A stretch of DNA of 64,000 bases from Candidatus Omnitrophota bacterium. Lineage in GTDB: Bacteria; Omnitrophota; Gorgyraeia; Zapsychrales; Zapsychraceae. Shown here piece after piece: positions 29,812 to 39,769 of the stretch. The notes below the pieces were generated by a model. It had not been told where the DNA came from. It saw only the letters and a list, made by a program, of their open reading frames with translations, and ran no database searches. A program made the translations under genes and the position numbers. The stretch covers positions 13,774 through 77,773 of the forward strand of contig JAHFGL010000008.1 in the NCBI GenBank assembly GCA_023247445.1, in the 5' to 3' direction. Each line of letters opens with the position of its first letter. The stretch's first letter is position 1.

Positions 29812-30312
29812 ATGACTGCTCTTAAACATAAAAGAAAACGATTAGAATTTAAGAATATTGATTTAATCGTTTATGATTTTGACGGAGTCATGACCGACAA
29901 CCGTGTTTTGGTTTTTGATGACGGCCAAGAGGCTGTCTGGTGTAACCGCGCTGATGGATTGGCGATCAGTTTAATTAAAAAGGCAGGGATTCCCCAGATT
30001 ATTCTTTCCATGGAAGAGAACCCGGTTGTTGAGATCAGGGCCCATAAGCTCGGAATTGATGTTTTTTACGCAATAGAGGATAAAAAGACGGTGTTAATGG
30101 ATTATTGCCGCAAGAGTAATTATGATTTAAAGAAGGTCGTTTATGTTGGCAACGACATTAATGATTTGGAGGCTATGAAATTAGTTGGCTACGCGTTTGC
30201 GCCGCAAGACGCTAATATCCAAGTCAAGAATATAGCCATGATAGTTACAGAGAAAAAAGGCGGAGATGGTGTTATAAAAGAAATTTATGATCAATTTTTG
30301 AACCTTTCATAG
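29812..30312 (+). CDS. KdsC-family HAD phosphatase (ulosonate-phosphate phosphatase)
   Basis: IDLIVYDFDGVMTDN and GNDINDL. 166 aa. Confidence 0.75.
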   Translation: MTALKHKRKRLEFKNIDLIVYDFDGVMTDNRVLVFDDGQEAVWCNRADGLAISLIKKAGIPQIILSMEENPVVEIRAHKLGIDVFYAIEDKKTVLMDYCRKSNYDLKKVVYVGNDINDLEAMKLVGYAFAPQDANIQVKNIAMIVTEKKGGDGVIKEIYDQFLNLS

Positions 30313-30321
30313 GAGGAGACC

Positions 30322-31170
30322 ATGAGTATTTTTGTCATTGCTGAAATAGGGATTAATCATAATGGCGATGTTAATATAGCCAGACAGCTTATTGATGTCG
30401 CTAAAGATGCTGGTGCCGATGCGGTTAAATTCCAGAAAAGAACGATTGATTTAGTTTATTCTAAAGAATTCTTGGATTCACCGCGCGAAAGTCCATGGGG
30501 AATAACTCAGCGTCATCAAAAGGAAGGTCTCGAATTTGGCAAAAAAGGATACGACCAAATTGACGCTTATTGCAAAGAAAAGGATATCATCTGGTTTGCT
30601 TCCACCTGGGATCTAGAAAGCCAGAAGTTTCTTAGGCAGTATAAGCTTGCTTATAATAAAATTGCTTCCGCTATGCTGACTTACCGTGAGTTGTTGGAAA
30701 TGGTCGCTGAGGAGAGAAAAGACACATTTATTTCAACGGGCATGAGCGGGGAAAAAGAGATTGAAACTGCCATCAAGATATTTAGAAACGCGGGATGCCC
30801 GTTCGAATTGATGCACTGTGTTTCGACGTATCCTATGAACGATGAGGACGCTAATTTAAACTGCATTAAAACATTGCAGGAACGATTTCAATGTAAGGTT
30901 GGATACAGCGGCCATGAAGTCGGTTTAGCCATCTCTTATGCGGCGGCTGCGTTAGGGATTACTTCGCTGGAACGCCATATCACCTTAAGCCGGGCAATGT
31001 ATGGTTCCGATCAGGCGGCATCGGTTGAGCCGGCTGGTTTCCGGCAGTTAGTTGGCGCGGTAAGAAAAATTGAGAAGGCTCTAGGAAATGGGGAAATTAG
31101 CATTCACGAGAAAGAAATTCCTATCGCCCAGAAGTTAAGGGCGCATATCCCTTTAATGGTTAGTAAATAA
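30322..31170 (+). CDS. NeuB-family synthase paralogue lacking the SAF domain
   Basis: IAEIGINHNGD signature. 282 aa, TIM barrel only. Confidence 0.7.
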   Translation: MSIFVIAEIGINHNGDVNIARQLIDVAKDAGADAVKFQKRTIDLVYSKEFLDSPRESPWGITQRHQKEGLEFGKKGYDQIDAYCKEKDIIWFASTWDLESQKFLRQYKLAYNKIASAMLTYRELLEMVAEERKDTFISTGMSGEKEIETAIKIFRNAGCPFELMHCVSTYPMNDEDANLNCIKTLQERFQCKVGYSGHEVGLAISYAAAALGITSLERHITLSRAMYGSDQAASVEPAGFRQLVGAVRKIEKALGNGEISIHEKEIPIAQKLRAHIPLMVSK

Positions 31171-31184
31171 CTTAGAGATTTAAG

Positions 31185-31874
31185 ATGATAGAGATCAATA
31201 AAAAAAGACATGTTGTGGTGATTCCCGCACGCAGAGGGAGCAAAGGGTTTCCATTTAAGAACCGTCTTTTATTTGATGAGACGGCTGATTTTATCGATCG
31301 ACACGGCTGGTTTGATCAGGTGATTGTTTCGACTGATGATGAAATCGTTGAAGAAAAGACCATGGCCAGAGGGTATGTAATCCATGCTCGTCCGCAAGAG
31401 CTTAGCGGCGATGCCGTTTCCATCAAAAGGGTAATGCAATCTGTTATCCATGACTTGAAATTATCAAAAGATACTATCATGTGGTTGTTTTATTTGTCTA
31501 TTGTGTATAAAAATATATCAGATTTTCTAAAGGCAAAACAGATTATAGAAGAAGGGAAAGTCTTGAGCATATGTGGTTTTGTTCCGGCTAAATCGCACCC
31601 CTTCACATGTTGGTCTTATGACCAGAGGAATGGTATATTAAAGCAGTATATTAATAACGATATCTACCGCCGGCAGGATCGTCCCCGGGCTTGGACGTAT
31701 CACCATTACATCAGCTGTTTTAAAACCGCAGAAATAGAGCACCTTAACAGCGAACTTATTAATAATAAGACGTATCCCTTTTTTCTACAAAAGCAGAGGA
31801 TAGATCAACTGCTGGAAATCGATACTCCCGAGGAATATGAACAATGGAAGTCATTAGCTCAAAAAATCGTTTAA
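31185..31874 (+). CDS. Acylneuraminate cytidylyltransferase family (NeuA-like CMP-nonulosonate synthetase)
   Basis: VVIPARRGSKGFPFKN. 229 aa. Confidence 0.75.
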   Translation: MIEINKKRHVVVIPARRGSKGFPFKNRLLFDETADFIDRHGWFDQVIVSTDDEIVEEKTMARGYVIHARPQELSGDAVSIKRVMQSVIHDLKLSKDTIMWLFYLSIVYKNISDFLKAKQIIEEGKVLSICGFVPAKSHPFTCWSYDQRNGILKQYINNDIYRRQDRPRAWTYHHYISCFKTAEIEHLNSELINNKTYPFFLQKQRIDQLLEIDTPEEYEQWKSLAQKIV

Positions 31875-32761
31875 GAAGACAGCCCATTCTCGATAAAACA
31901 GCCGCTATTTACCGCAGATTGGGTATTATTCAAGGCAGATTGTCACCGGCGGTTGACAATAAAATACAATCCTTTCCTAAAGGACAGTGGCAGAATGAAT
32001 TTTTGTTGTGTAAGGAATTAGGGATCAGTTGTATCGAATGGATTTTTGAGTATGATGGAGCAGGAAATAATCCATTGTGTTCAGATTCCGGTATCAGGGA
32101 AATGCTAAGGGTGCAGCAGCAATACGGCGTGGTGATTAATTCCGTATTGGCTGATTATTTTATGGTTAAAAAATTATTTAGTGAGGATAAAAAAGAGACT
32201 GAGGAAGCGATCAGCACTTTAAATTTTATCATTACTCAATGCCAACTGTGTCATATCCCTATAATTGAAATTCCCTTTGTGGATTCCTCTTCTTTAAACA
32301 CAGAAAAAGACAAAGAAAGAGCAGTGCATAATTTAAAACAACCGCTAAGGTATGCTCAGGAGTGCGGCATAAAAATCAGCATGGAAACCTCTTTGGCGCC
32401 AAAGGAGTTTAAAGGATTTATTCATGCCCTTGATTCATCGGCAGTAGGAGCCAATTACGATACGGGTAACAGCGCATCATTAGGTTATGATCCCTATGAG
32501 GAGATTGATGTTCTTGGTGAATATATTGTCAATGTGCATATCAAAGATAGACTAAAAGCTGCAGGAACGGTGCCTTTGGGTTGTGGTGACACAGACTTCT
32601 CTGCTGTTTTTAAAGCTTTAAAAGCTAAGAATTATAGGGGAGATTTTATGCTGCAAGGAGCACGTCAATATCTCGAAGGATTGGAAACAAAAAAAGATAT
32701 TAAAGAAACCATCTGTAGTTATATAAATTTTGTGAAGCCGTTTTTGAGGGAATTCGCATGA
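31844..32761 (+). CDS. Sugar-phosphate isomerase/epimerase (xylose-isomerase-like TIM barrel)
   Basis: IVNVHIKD motif. 305 aa. The true start may be TTG 31919. Confidence 0.6.
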   Translation: MEVISSKNRLRRQPILDKTAAIYRRLGIIQGRLSPAVDNKIQSFPKGQWQNEFLLCKELGISCIEWIFEYDGAGNNPLCSDSGIREMLRVQQQYGVVINSVLADYFMVKKLFSEDKKETEEAISTLNFIITQCQLCHIPIIEIPFVDSSSLNTEKDKERAVHNLKQPLRYAQECGIKISMETSLAPKEFKGFIHALDSSAVGANYDTGNSASLGYDPYEEIDVLGEYIVNVHIKDRLKAAGTVPLGCGDTDFSAVFKALKAKNYRGDFMLQGARQYLEGLETKKDIKETICSYINFVKPFLREFA

Positions 32762-33816
32762 ACGTACTATTTTTTGGTTTAGGCAGTGTTGGACAGCGGC
32801 ATTTGCGCAATTTGTTGAAAATAAATCCGGACGCCCGTATCGCCGCGATAAGAAAAAAGGGACGATTATTTGAAATCGGATATGATTTACAACCCGATTA
32901 TAATACTGATATTGTCAGGAAATATAAGATTGAGCTCTTTTCATCGCTGAAGGAGGCAAAAGCCTTTAACCCTGATTTTGCTATTGTGGCTAATCCAACA
33001 AGCCAGCATGTACCTACAGCGCTGGAATTGGCAGCCAATGATATCCCGATTTTTTTGGAAAAACCTATTTCGGAGAGTTTTGATCAGCTTCAAGACTTGG
33101 TACAGCTTGCTCAAGAACGAGACGTCCCCATCATGGTCGGATATATGATGAGATTTCATCCAGGCGCTATCAAAATGAAAGAATTGATTGACAATAAAAA
33201 AATCGGAAAAATTTATTCGGTTATTTTGATCGTCAATTCTTACATGCCCTCCTGGCATAAGTATGAGCAATACAATGAATCTTACGCCGGGAAAAAATCG
33301 TTGGGTGGTGGAGTGGTGGTTACCGAAATCCATGAACTCGATCTTTTAAACTGGTATTTTGGATCTCCCCAAAGGCTCTGGGCAGTGGGAGGTAAATTGA
33401 GCTCCCTTGATATTGATGTGGAAGATACCGTTGGTATTTTGTTTGAACAAGAGTTCGATAGAGAAAAATTCCCCATTGTGATTAATATGTCATTTGCCCA
33501 AAAGGCCATGTCACGTAAAATGCTGATCCATGGAGAACGCGGAAAAATTGAGTGGGATATTCTTGCCTCAAAAATAACGGTTGAAGATAAGGCGGATAAC
33601 CAACAGCAAGTGTATGACTATCCTGAGTTTCAGCGTAACGACATGTTTATCACCGAGCTTAAATATTTTATAGAATGTCTTAATAAAAAAACAGAGCCGT
33701 CGACTTCTTTGAATAAAGTTCTGGGGGGACATTCAACGGCATTGGCTATAAAGGATTCGCTGGATACCAAATCAATCGTCGAATACCCCGATGTACTAAG
33801 ACGGGTGACAGTGTAA
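32758..33816 (+). CDS. Gfo/Idh/MocA family oxidoreductase
   Basis: VLFFGLGSVGQRH Rossmann, EKP motif. ATGA overlap. Confidence 0.7.
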   Translation: MNVLFFGLGSVGQRHLRNLLKINPDARIAAIRKKGRLFEIGYDLQPDYNTDIVRKYKIELFSSLKEAKAFNPDFAIVANPTSQHVPTALELAANDIPIFLEKPISESFDQLQDLVQLAQERDVPIMVGYMMRFHPGAIKMKELIDNKKIGKIYSVILIVNSYMPSWHKYEQYNESYAGKKSLGGGVVVTEIHELDLLNWYFGSPQRLWAVGGKLSSLDIDVEDTVGILFEQEFDREKFPIVINMSFAQKAMSRKMLIHGERGKIEWDILASKITVEDKADNQQQVYDYPEFQRNDMFITELKYFIECLNKKTEPSTSLNKVLGGHSTALAIKDSLDTKSIVEYPDVLRRVTV

Positions 33817-33826
33817 GGATAGAAAA

Positions 33827-35650
33827 ATGGTCATTCTAGGACTTCATGACAATCATGGTGCAAGTGCCGCGCTTCTTGTGGATGGAAAAGTTGTCGCGGC
33901 CGTTGAAGAGGAGCGTTTCACTCGGCTTAAAATGGATTCTGGATTTCCAAAGATGGCCATAGACTATCTTCGCGGCCAATATAAAGAAGAATTCCGTAAT
34001 CTAGACTATGTCGCCATTGGATGTGTTTATCAATCCCTTAAAGATTTTGCCACTAAACGCTACCCGTTGTTTGGAATCAAAGATTTCTTAATTGAAGAAG
34101 AAAAATTTTGGATTCCGGTTCTTGAAGGAAAGAATCCAAATTACATGGATGTTATGAAAGAATATGTGAATTCCTCTCTCTGCCATTATCCTCTTGATAC
34201 AATTAAAAATCCTTCCAATCATAATGAAATTCGAAAGATACGCCAGACATTTATCGCCGAGTATTTAAACATACCCATCGAAAAAGTTGGATTTGTTGAC
34301 CATCATGCCTGCCACGCGCATCACGCTTATTTCTCGAGCCCATTACGTAAGGATGTCCTTATATTTACCATCGATGGATGGGGGGATTTTACCAATGCTA
34401 CCGTGCACTCTGTAGAAAAGAATGGTGAATTAAAATGTCTTTACCGCACAGAAAATTGCCACATTGGCCACGTTTATCGTTTTATTACGATGCTTTTAGG
34501 CATGAAACCCGCGGAACACGAATATAAGGTAATGGGGCTGGCTGCTTACGCCAAGGAACATTACATCCGTGAACCTTTAAAGGTCTTTGAACAAACATAT
34601 TATGTTGATGGACTTGAATTTAAAATCGGCACGCCAATTAAAAATCACTATCAATATTTTAAGAAGCGTTTGGAAGGATTCCGTTTTGATGCTATCGCCG
34701 GTGCCGTACAGCGTTATACGGAAAATATGCTTGTCCAATGGGTCAAGAATTGGGTGGAACATACCGGATTTTCCAATGTTGTGTTTAGCGGTGGATTAGC
34801 CTTAAATATCAAAGCATCCAAACGGATTTCAGAATTGCCGCAGATTAAAGACATGTTTGTGTGTATGGCCAGCGGAGACGAATCGTTATCCATAGGAGCG
34901 GCTCAGAAAAAGTGGGTGGATTTGGCCGGCGCCGCTGAACTGCAACCAATCACAGCACCTTATTTGGGGCCGGGGTTCGATGAAAAGGATATCAAAGAGG
35001 CCCTGACTCATCCATTTGTCCGTGATCATTACAAGATTATTGAGAAAATTTCTCTTGTGGATATTGCCAAGCTTCTTGTACGCGGGGAAATTGTGGCTTT
35101 TATGATGTCCAATATGGAATTTGGGCCGCGGGCACTAGGCCACAGATCCATTCTCGCAGATCCACGGGATGAAAAGATCGTGCGAGTGATTAATGAAGCG
35201 ATCAAAAACCGGGATTTTTGGATGCCATTTACACCGAGTATCCTAGAAGAGCGCGCCGAGGATTATTTAATAAATCCAAAAAAGCTTAAGGCCCCGTATA
35301 TGACGATGGCTTTTGACGCGACGCAGAAAGCTAAAGACGAACTTAAAGCGGCAATCCATCCTTATGATATGACATTGCGCCCCCAAGTTGTCATGAAAAA
35401 ATACTCTCCCCGTTACCATGCTTTGATCCGTGAGTTTGAATGTTTGACCGGCGTCGGTGGGTTGCTTAATACGTCTTTTAATATTCATGGGAAACCCATT
35501 GTGCGTAAACCCATTGATGCGATTCGTGAGGTGATATCTCATGAGCTAGTGGATTTAAAATATGTCGTTTTGGATGATGTTTTGCTGGAAAAAAATATGG
35601 CGCGCAAACAGAAAACAATTATTAAACAGGAACAGCTGGCAGAGTTATGA
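33827..35650 (+). CDS. Carbamoyltransferase (NodU/CmcH family)
   Basis: MVILGLHDNHGASAALLVDGKVVAAVEEERFTR is the canonical N-terminus. 607 aa. Confidence 0.8.
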   Translation: MVILGLHDNHGASAALLVDGKVVAAVEEERFTRLKMDSGFPKMAIDYLRGQYKEEFRNLDYVAIGCVYQSLKDFATKRYPLFGIKDFLIEEEKFWIPVLEGKNPNYMDVMKEYVNSSLCHYPLDTIKNPSNHNEIRKIRQTFIAEYLNIPIEKVGFVDHHACHAHHAYFSSPLRKDVLIFTIDGWGDFTNATVHSVEKNGELKCLYRTENCHIGHVYRFITMLLGMKPAEHEYKVMGLAAYAKEHYIREPLKVFEQTYYVDGLEFKIGTPIKNHYQYFKKRLEGFRFDAIAGAVQRYTENMLVQWVKNWVEHTGFSNVVFSGGLALNIKASKRISELPQIKDMFVCMASGDESLSIGAAQKKWVDLAGAAELQPITAPYLGPGFDEKDIKEALTHPFVRDHYKIIEKISLVDIAKLLVRGEIVAFMMSNMEFGPRALGHRSILADPRDEKIVRVINEAIKNRDFWMPFTPSILEERAEDYLINPKKLKAPYMTMAFDATQKAKDELKAAIHPYDMTLRPQVVMKKYSPRYHALIREFECLTGVGGLLNTSFNIHGKPIVRKPIDAIREVISHELVDLKYVVLDDVLLEKNMARKQKTIIKQEQLAEL

Positions 35651-36474
35651 ATACTTTAGGAAAATTTCGACTGGATGGAAAAATTGCCGTTATTACTGGC
35701 GGAGCCGGTCTTTTGGGCGTTAAACATGCAACAGTGATCGCCGAAGCTGGAGGCATTCCAGTTCTATGGGATGTTAATGAAAAAGCCATGCAAGATTGTG
35801 CTAAGAAAATGAAGCGTCAATATGATGCGGATTGCTTGGCTATAGATGTTGATATTACCAATCTCGGATCGATTCGCAATGGCCTCAAAAAAGTGTTAAA
35901 AAAGTTTAATAAAATTGACGTCCTTATTAACAATGCTGCCAATAATCCCAAAATGGATGGAAAAAGTAATCCAGCCTGGGGCCGCTTAGAGAATTTCGCT
36001 TTTGATTTATGGCAGAAGGATATTTCCGTTGGATTGACAGGCGCTTTTCTTTGCAGTCAAGTTATCGGATCACATATGGCTGAACATAACGGCGGGATTA
36101 TCCTCAATGTCGCTTCCGATCTTGGCGTTATTGCGCCTGATCAAAGGGTATATCAGAGAAAAGGATTGAGGGACTATGAACAACCAGTTAAACCAGTTAC
36201 GTATTCTGTTGTTAAACACGGTATCATCGGTTTGACGAAATATTTAGCGACCTATTGGGCGCATAAAAGTATCCGTGTGAATGCCATCTCCCCAGGAGGA
36301 ATTTACGCTGGTCAGTCAATAGAATTTGTTCGAAAATTAATTGATAGGATTCCCTTAGGGCGTATGGCTAATCAAGATGAGTATATGGCCGCTGTCCTTT
36401 TTTTGGTCTCGGATGCCTCGGCGTATATGACGGGGTCTAATCTTGTTATGGACGGCGGCAGGACATGTTGGTAG
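35647..36474 (+). CDS. Classical short-chain dehydrogenase/reductase
   Basis: KIAVITGGAGLLG, NNAA and YxxxK. 275 aa. Confidence 0.8.
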   Translation: MNTLGKFRLDGKIAVITGGAGLLGVKHATVIAEAGGIPVLWDVNEKAMQDCAKKMKRQYDADCLAIDVDITNLGSIRNGLKKVLKKFNKIDVLINNAANNPKMDGKSNPAWGRLENFAFDLWQKDISVGLTGAFLCSQVIGSHMAEHNGGIILNVASDLGVIAPDQRVYQRKGLRDYEQPVKPVTYSVVKHGIIGLTKYLATYWAHKSIRVNAISPGGIYAGQSIEFVRKLIDRIPLGRMANQDEYMAAVLFLVSDASAYMTGSNLVMDGGRTCW

Positions 36475-36511
36475 AGATAATGTTGCAGCAGACAGATTTT
36501 AAAGATATAAA

Positions 36512-37693
36512 ATGATTAAAAGAATAATTTTTTTAAGAGAAACTCATTTTAACTTCACGAGAAATCAGACCGCCTGTCTCGACCTTTTAAAAAAGAACGG
36601 TTTCCGAGTTGAAGTGTGGGATATGATGCCTGTGTTACATGCTGAATTTCTAAAAAGTTATACTTATCCGCATTCTTATAATTATGATGAGTTAACTGTG
36701 TTTCATGATAAGACACAAGCGTATCGTGTTTTATCGAATTTGTCGCAAAGTGATTTTGTCATTAATGATATTAGTTATTTATTCTGGAACTTAGGAATCT
36801 ATCAGGCACTAAGCAAATCAAAGGCACTGTACGCCGTTTTTTATGCTAACGCTGTGCCCATCTATAAAGACGGCCGAAAGCAGCTGCTTAAAAAAAGACT
36901 GAGACTCTTTTTGGGTTTTAAGCGCCCCCATTCAAAATTTTTAGTCCTATGGAAAAAATTATATATGCGGTTACCTTTTCGCTGGCTTGGGATTCGGCCA
37001 GCGAGTTTGATTCTCGCTGGCGGCGAACGGTGTTTTATTTACCGCTATCCGGTTGATAAAAATACCAAAGTTCTTCAAATCCATTCCTTAGATTATGATT
37101 TGTATTTAAGAGATAAAGAAAAGCCAACTACGGTAAAACCCACAGCTGTTTTTATAGATGAATTTCTCCCTTTTGCGCATGATAGTCTTTTTGACGGCAG
37201 GGGAATTCCCATCACTGCCGAAAAATATTATCCGTTGCTTAACCGTTTTTTTGATCGAGTCGAAGAGAAGACAGGTTTAAAGGTGATTATCGCGGCCGGT
37301 CCGCGGTCTTATTACGAAAGTTTGCCGGATTATTTTAATGGCCGCCAATGTATTAGAGGAAAAACAATTGATTTGATTAAAGAATCATCCTTGGTTTTAG
37401 CGCATCGCAGTACGGCTGTGAGTTTCTGTAATCTTTATAATAAACCGGTTATTTTCTTGACCTGTTCTGATTTGGAGAAACAATGTGATGGTGGTGAAAT
37501 TAAAGAAATGGCCGAATGGTTTGGCAAAAAACCCGTATTTGTGGAAGATGGCAACACAATTAATTGGCAGGAAGAATTAACTGTCAGTAAAGTTCATTAC
37601 GATCGTTATCGCCAGAGCTATATAAAAACAAAAGATTCCCCGGAATTACCTTTTTGGCAGGTCGTAGCCGATCAATTGAAAGAGAATTTCTAA
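36512..37693 (+). CDS. Hypothetical protein with a TagF/KpsS-like GT-B C-terminal motif
   Basis: 393 aa. ESSLVLAHRSTAVSFCNLYNKPVIFL resembles the TagF nucleotide-binding motif. Confidence 0.35.
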   Translation: MIKRIIFLRETHFNFTRNQTACLDLLKKNGFRVEVWDMMPVLHAEFLKSYTYPHSYNYDELTVFHDKTQAYRVLSNLSQSDFVINDISYLFWNLGIYQALSKSKALYAVFYANAVPIYKDGRKQLLKKRLRLFLGFKRPHSKFLVLWKKLYMRLPFRWLGIRPASLILAGGERCFIYRYPVDKNTKVLQIHSLDYDLYLRDKEKPTTVKPTAVFIDEFLPFAHDSLFDGRGIPITAEKYYPLLNRFFDRVEEKTGLKVIIAAGPRSYYESLPDYFNGRQCIRGKTIDLIKESSLVLAHRSTAVSFCNLYNKPVIFLTCSDLEKQCDGGEIKEMAEWFGKKPVFVEDGNTINWQEELTVSKVHYDRYRQSYIKTKDSPELPFWQVVADQLKENF

Positions 37694-37694
37694 A

Positions 37695-39578
37695 ATGGAT
37701 AAAAATATGGATTCAAATTTGAATAAAGAGTATATCATTATATGCGGGGAAAATAAATTTCAAGGCTTATGGCTTTTTTTGTGGTGCTGGATAAAGAAAT
37801 GCAAGGGTTTGATTATGGATAATGGAAAGAAATCTAGTTTTGCTAGAAATTTGTTGTGGTTTCCTCCTTTCAAGAAATATATCATGGAGCAGGTAAGAGA
37901 AAATCAGGTTGGGTTAGGCCAGTATAAAGGTTTATGGTATAAAGTCAATAAAGAAGCCATTGATCTTACCATAGAATTTTATAATCAGGAAATCGCATCC
38001 AAACCAGCATTCATCGGTTACTACAACAAAATTTTGCGTACCGTTAAATTTGAAGCCTATATTAAAAAAGAAATTTCTTTTCAAATATTTTCTGTGCTTA
38101 AGGAGCTGCACCTTGTAAGGTTACAATCCTTATGTGACACTTCGATTTTAATAGCCCAAACCCCTCTTAATGAGTTTATTGTTGAATACATGTTGAAAAA
38201 TTACGGGACGAAATACCGAGTGAAATATATACGTCCGAGAATCAATCTATTTATTTTATTTTTTTATTACGGTCAATTATTAAAAGAGTTTGTCCATAGA
38301 GGGATAGCCTTTGGAAAGACAAGAAGGAAGTATAAAATTTCCAAGGAGGCTACATGGAATTTTTTTCGGGGGACATTACGGGATGATATCTTGGTCGATG
38401 GCAATCAAATTACGCAGAAGGATGTATTGCTCTTGGAAATCGATTCTGATTCTCCTCAGAGAGCCAGGTCATTTCAGGAAGCAAGAGAGAAAGGATTTGA
38501 TACGGTTTCCTTGCACAAAATTAAAATAAATATTAATAAAGATATTTATCATATCTTATATTTTTATCTATTTGTTCCTTTGATTTTGTATGTTCAATTG
38601 TTTTGGGCGCGCAGAACATATCTTTTTAATTTTATTGTTTTGTTTCATTGGAGATGCTTCCCATGGGAGGTGTTTCTTAATGCTTTTGATGTCGATTATT
38701 ATATCTCTGTTCGAGATTGGGGCGACGTGGAGGAGACAATTATTCTTAACCGCTATGATGCCAAAAGTGTCTTTTTTCAGAGAAGCGATCTCTCTTTTCC
38801 TCACTCACATCTGCACGCTTTTATTGCTCATAATCTCTATTTTATCTGGGGAGATATACATTATGATTTTCATGCGAAGAATTATTTTGTAGATAAAAAG
38901 ATTGATATCGGATGCATCTATAAAAGGGCTTGCAATCAGGCTGTCGATAAAGCGGATAGCGTGCGAAACCGCATCCCATTGTTTAACAAACAGAAAAAAA
39001 CAGTCACTTTTTTTGATAATTCGTTTCAGGATACGATCCATATTACCACGGCTTTTTTCCTGGAATTTTTGGAAATGGTCAAGAAATTCTGCCAGACCCA
39101 TAAGGACGTGAATGTACTATTTAAACCTAAAAAAGATCAAGAGGATGTCTTGCGGATGTTGGATGGCTCGGCGCGGCAGTATAACTTAATTTGGGATGGA
39201 CTTAAAGAATGTGAAAATTTCATTTATTTGGATCCGTGGGAATGGAGCATAGAGAGTGTCATTGCCATTTCCAATGTGTGTGTTAACATGGGAATCACGA
39301 GTCCTTCGACGATTGCCTTAATATGCGGCAAAAATGCTCTTTATTACGATAGCACCGGTAATAGCGAAGAGCATATATTGTTTAGAAAACACGCAGGAAC
39401 AATTGTTTTTGATAATAAGGAGGATTTGTTTCGACAGATCGATAATATTTTGGAAGGCAGATTTAATTGCCTGGATGTTTTTAGCAAAAAAGAGCTTAGA
39501 GAATATGATATATTCGATGATGACAAAGCGCTGGAGAGATTAAATACTTATTTGTCTGATGGTTTAGCCAAAAATTAA
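37695..39578 (+). CDS. Hypothetical protein, possible GT-B-like transferase with a central TM segment
   Basis: 627 aa. Hydrophobic stretch LILYVQLFW. C-terminal ISNVCVNMGITSPSTIALICGKNALYY is GT-B-like. Confidence 0.3.
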   Translation: MDKNMDSNLNKEYIIICGENKFQGLWLFLWCWIKKCKGLIMDNGKKSSFARNLLWFPPFKKYIMEQVRENQVGLGQYKGLWYKVNKEAIDLTIEFYNQEIASKPAFIGYYNKILRTVKFEAYIKKEISFQIFSVLKELHLVRLQSLCDTSILIAQTPLNEFIVEYMLKNYGTKYRVKYIRPRINLFILFFYYGQLLKEFVHRGIAFGKTRRKYKISKEATWNFFRGTLRDDILVDGNQITQKDVLLLEIDSDSPQRARSFQEAREKGFDTVSLHKIKININKDIYHILYFYLFVPLILYVQLFWARRTYLFNFIVLFHWRCFPWEVFLNAFDVDYYISVRDWGDVEETIILNRYDAKSVFFQRSDLSFPHSHLHAFIAHNLYFIWGDIHYDFHAKNYFVDKKIDIGCIYKRACNQAVDKADSVRNRIPLFNKQKKTVTFFDNSFQDTIHITTAFFLEFLEMVKKFCQTHKDVNVLFKPKKDQEDVLRMLDGSARQYNLIWDGLKECENFIYLDPWEWSIESVIAISNVCVNMGITSPSTIALICGKNALYYDSTGNSEEHILFRKHAGTIVFDNKEDLFRQIDNILEGRFNCLDVFSKKELREYDIFDDDKALERLNTYLSDGLAKN

Positions 39579-39592
39579 TAATGGGGGTTGAT

Positions 39593-39769
39593 ATGGCAGA
39601 AGAGCTATTGAAAGGAAATTTTAAAGTTAAAAATCCCGTTAAGGTAGAGAAGCAAGCAAAAAGTGAGCCAGTTCACGAACAGCTTCGTAAAAGGGCGCTT
39701 GCTTCCCTTGGTGGGAGTATGGTTTACATGGAACGAAAAAATCTCACTTGGGACGGAGAAAAAGGTTAA
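39593..39769 (+). CDS. Small Lys-rich hypothetical protein (58 aa), translationally coupled
   Basis: GGGGGTTGAT RBS before ATG 39593. Its stop TAA overlaps the ATG of the next gene (TAATG). Confidence 0.3.
   Translation: MAEELLKGNFKVKNPVKVEKQAKSEPVHEQLRKRALASLGGSMVYMERKNLTWDGEKG

Noticed and set aside
36438-36511. Possible promoter (GATAAT -10-like) in the 37-nt gap before ORF 36512
   Set aside because: There is no acceptable -35 at 16-19 nt spacing. It is too weak to call.
39581-39592. Upstream ATG (39581) of the small ORF giving a 62-aa product
   Set aside because: The internal ATG at 39593 has the better RBS (GGGGGTTGAT), so the shorter form is preferred. Even that form is low confidence.
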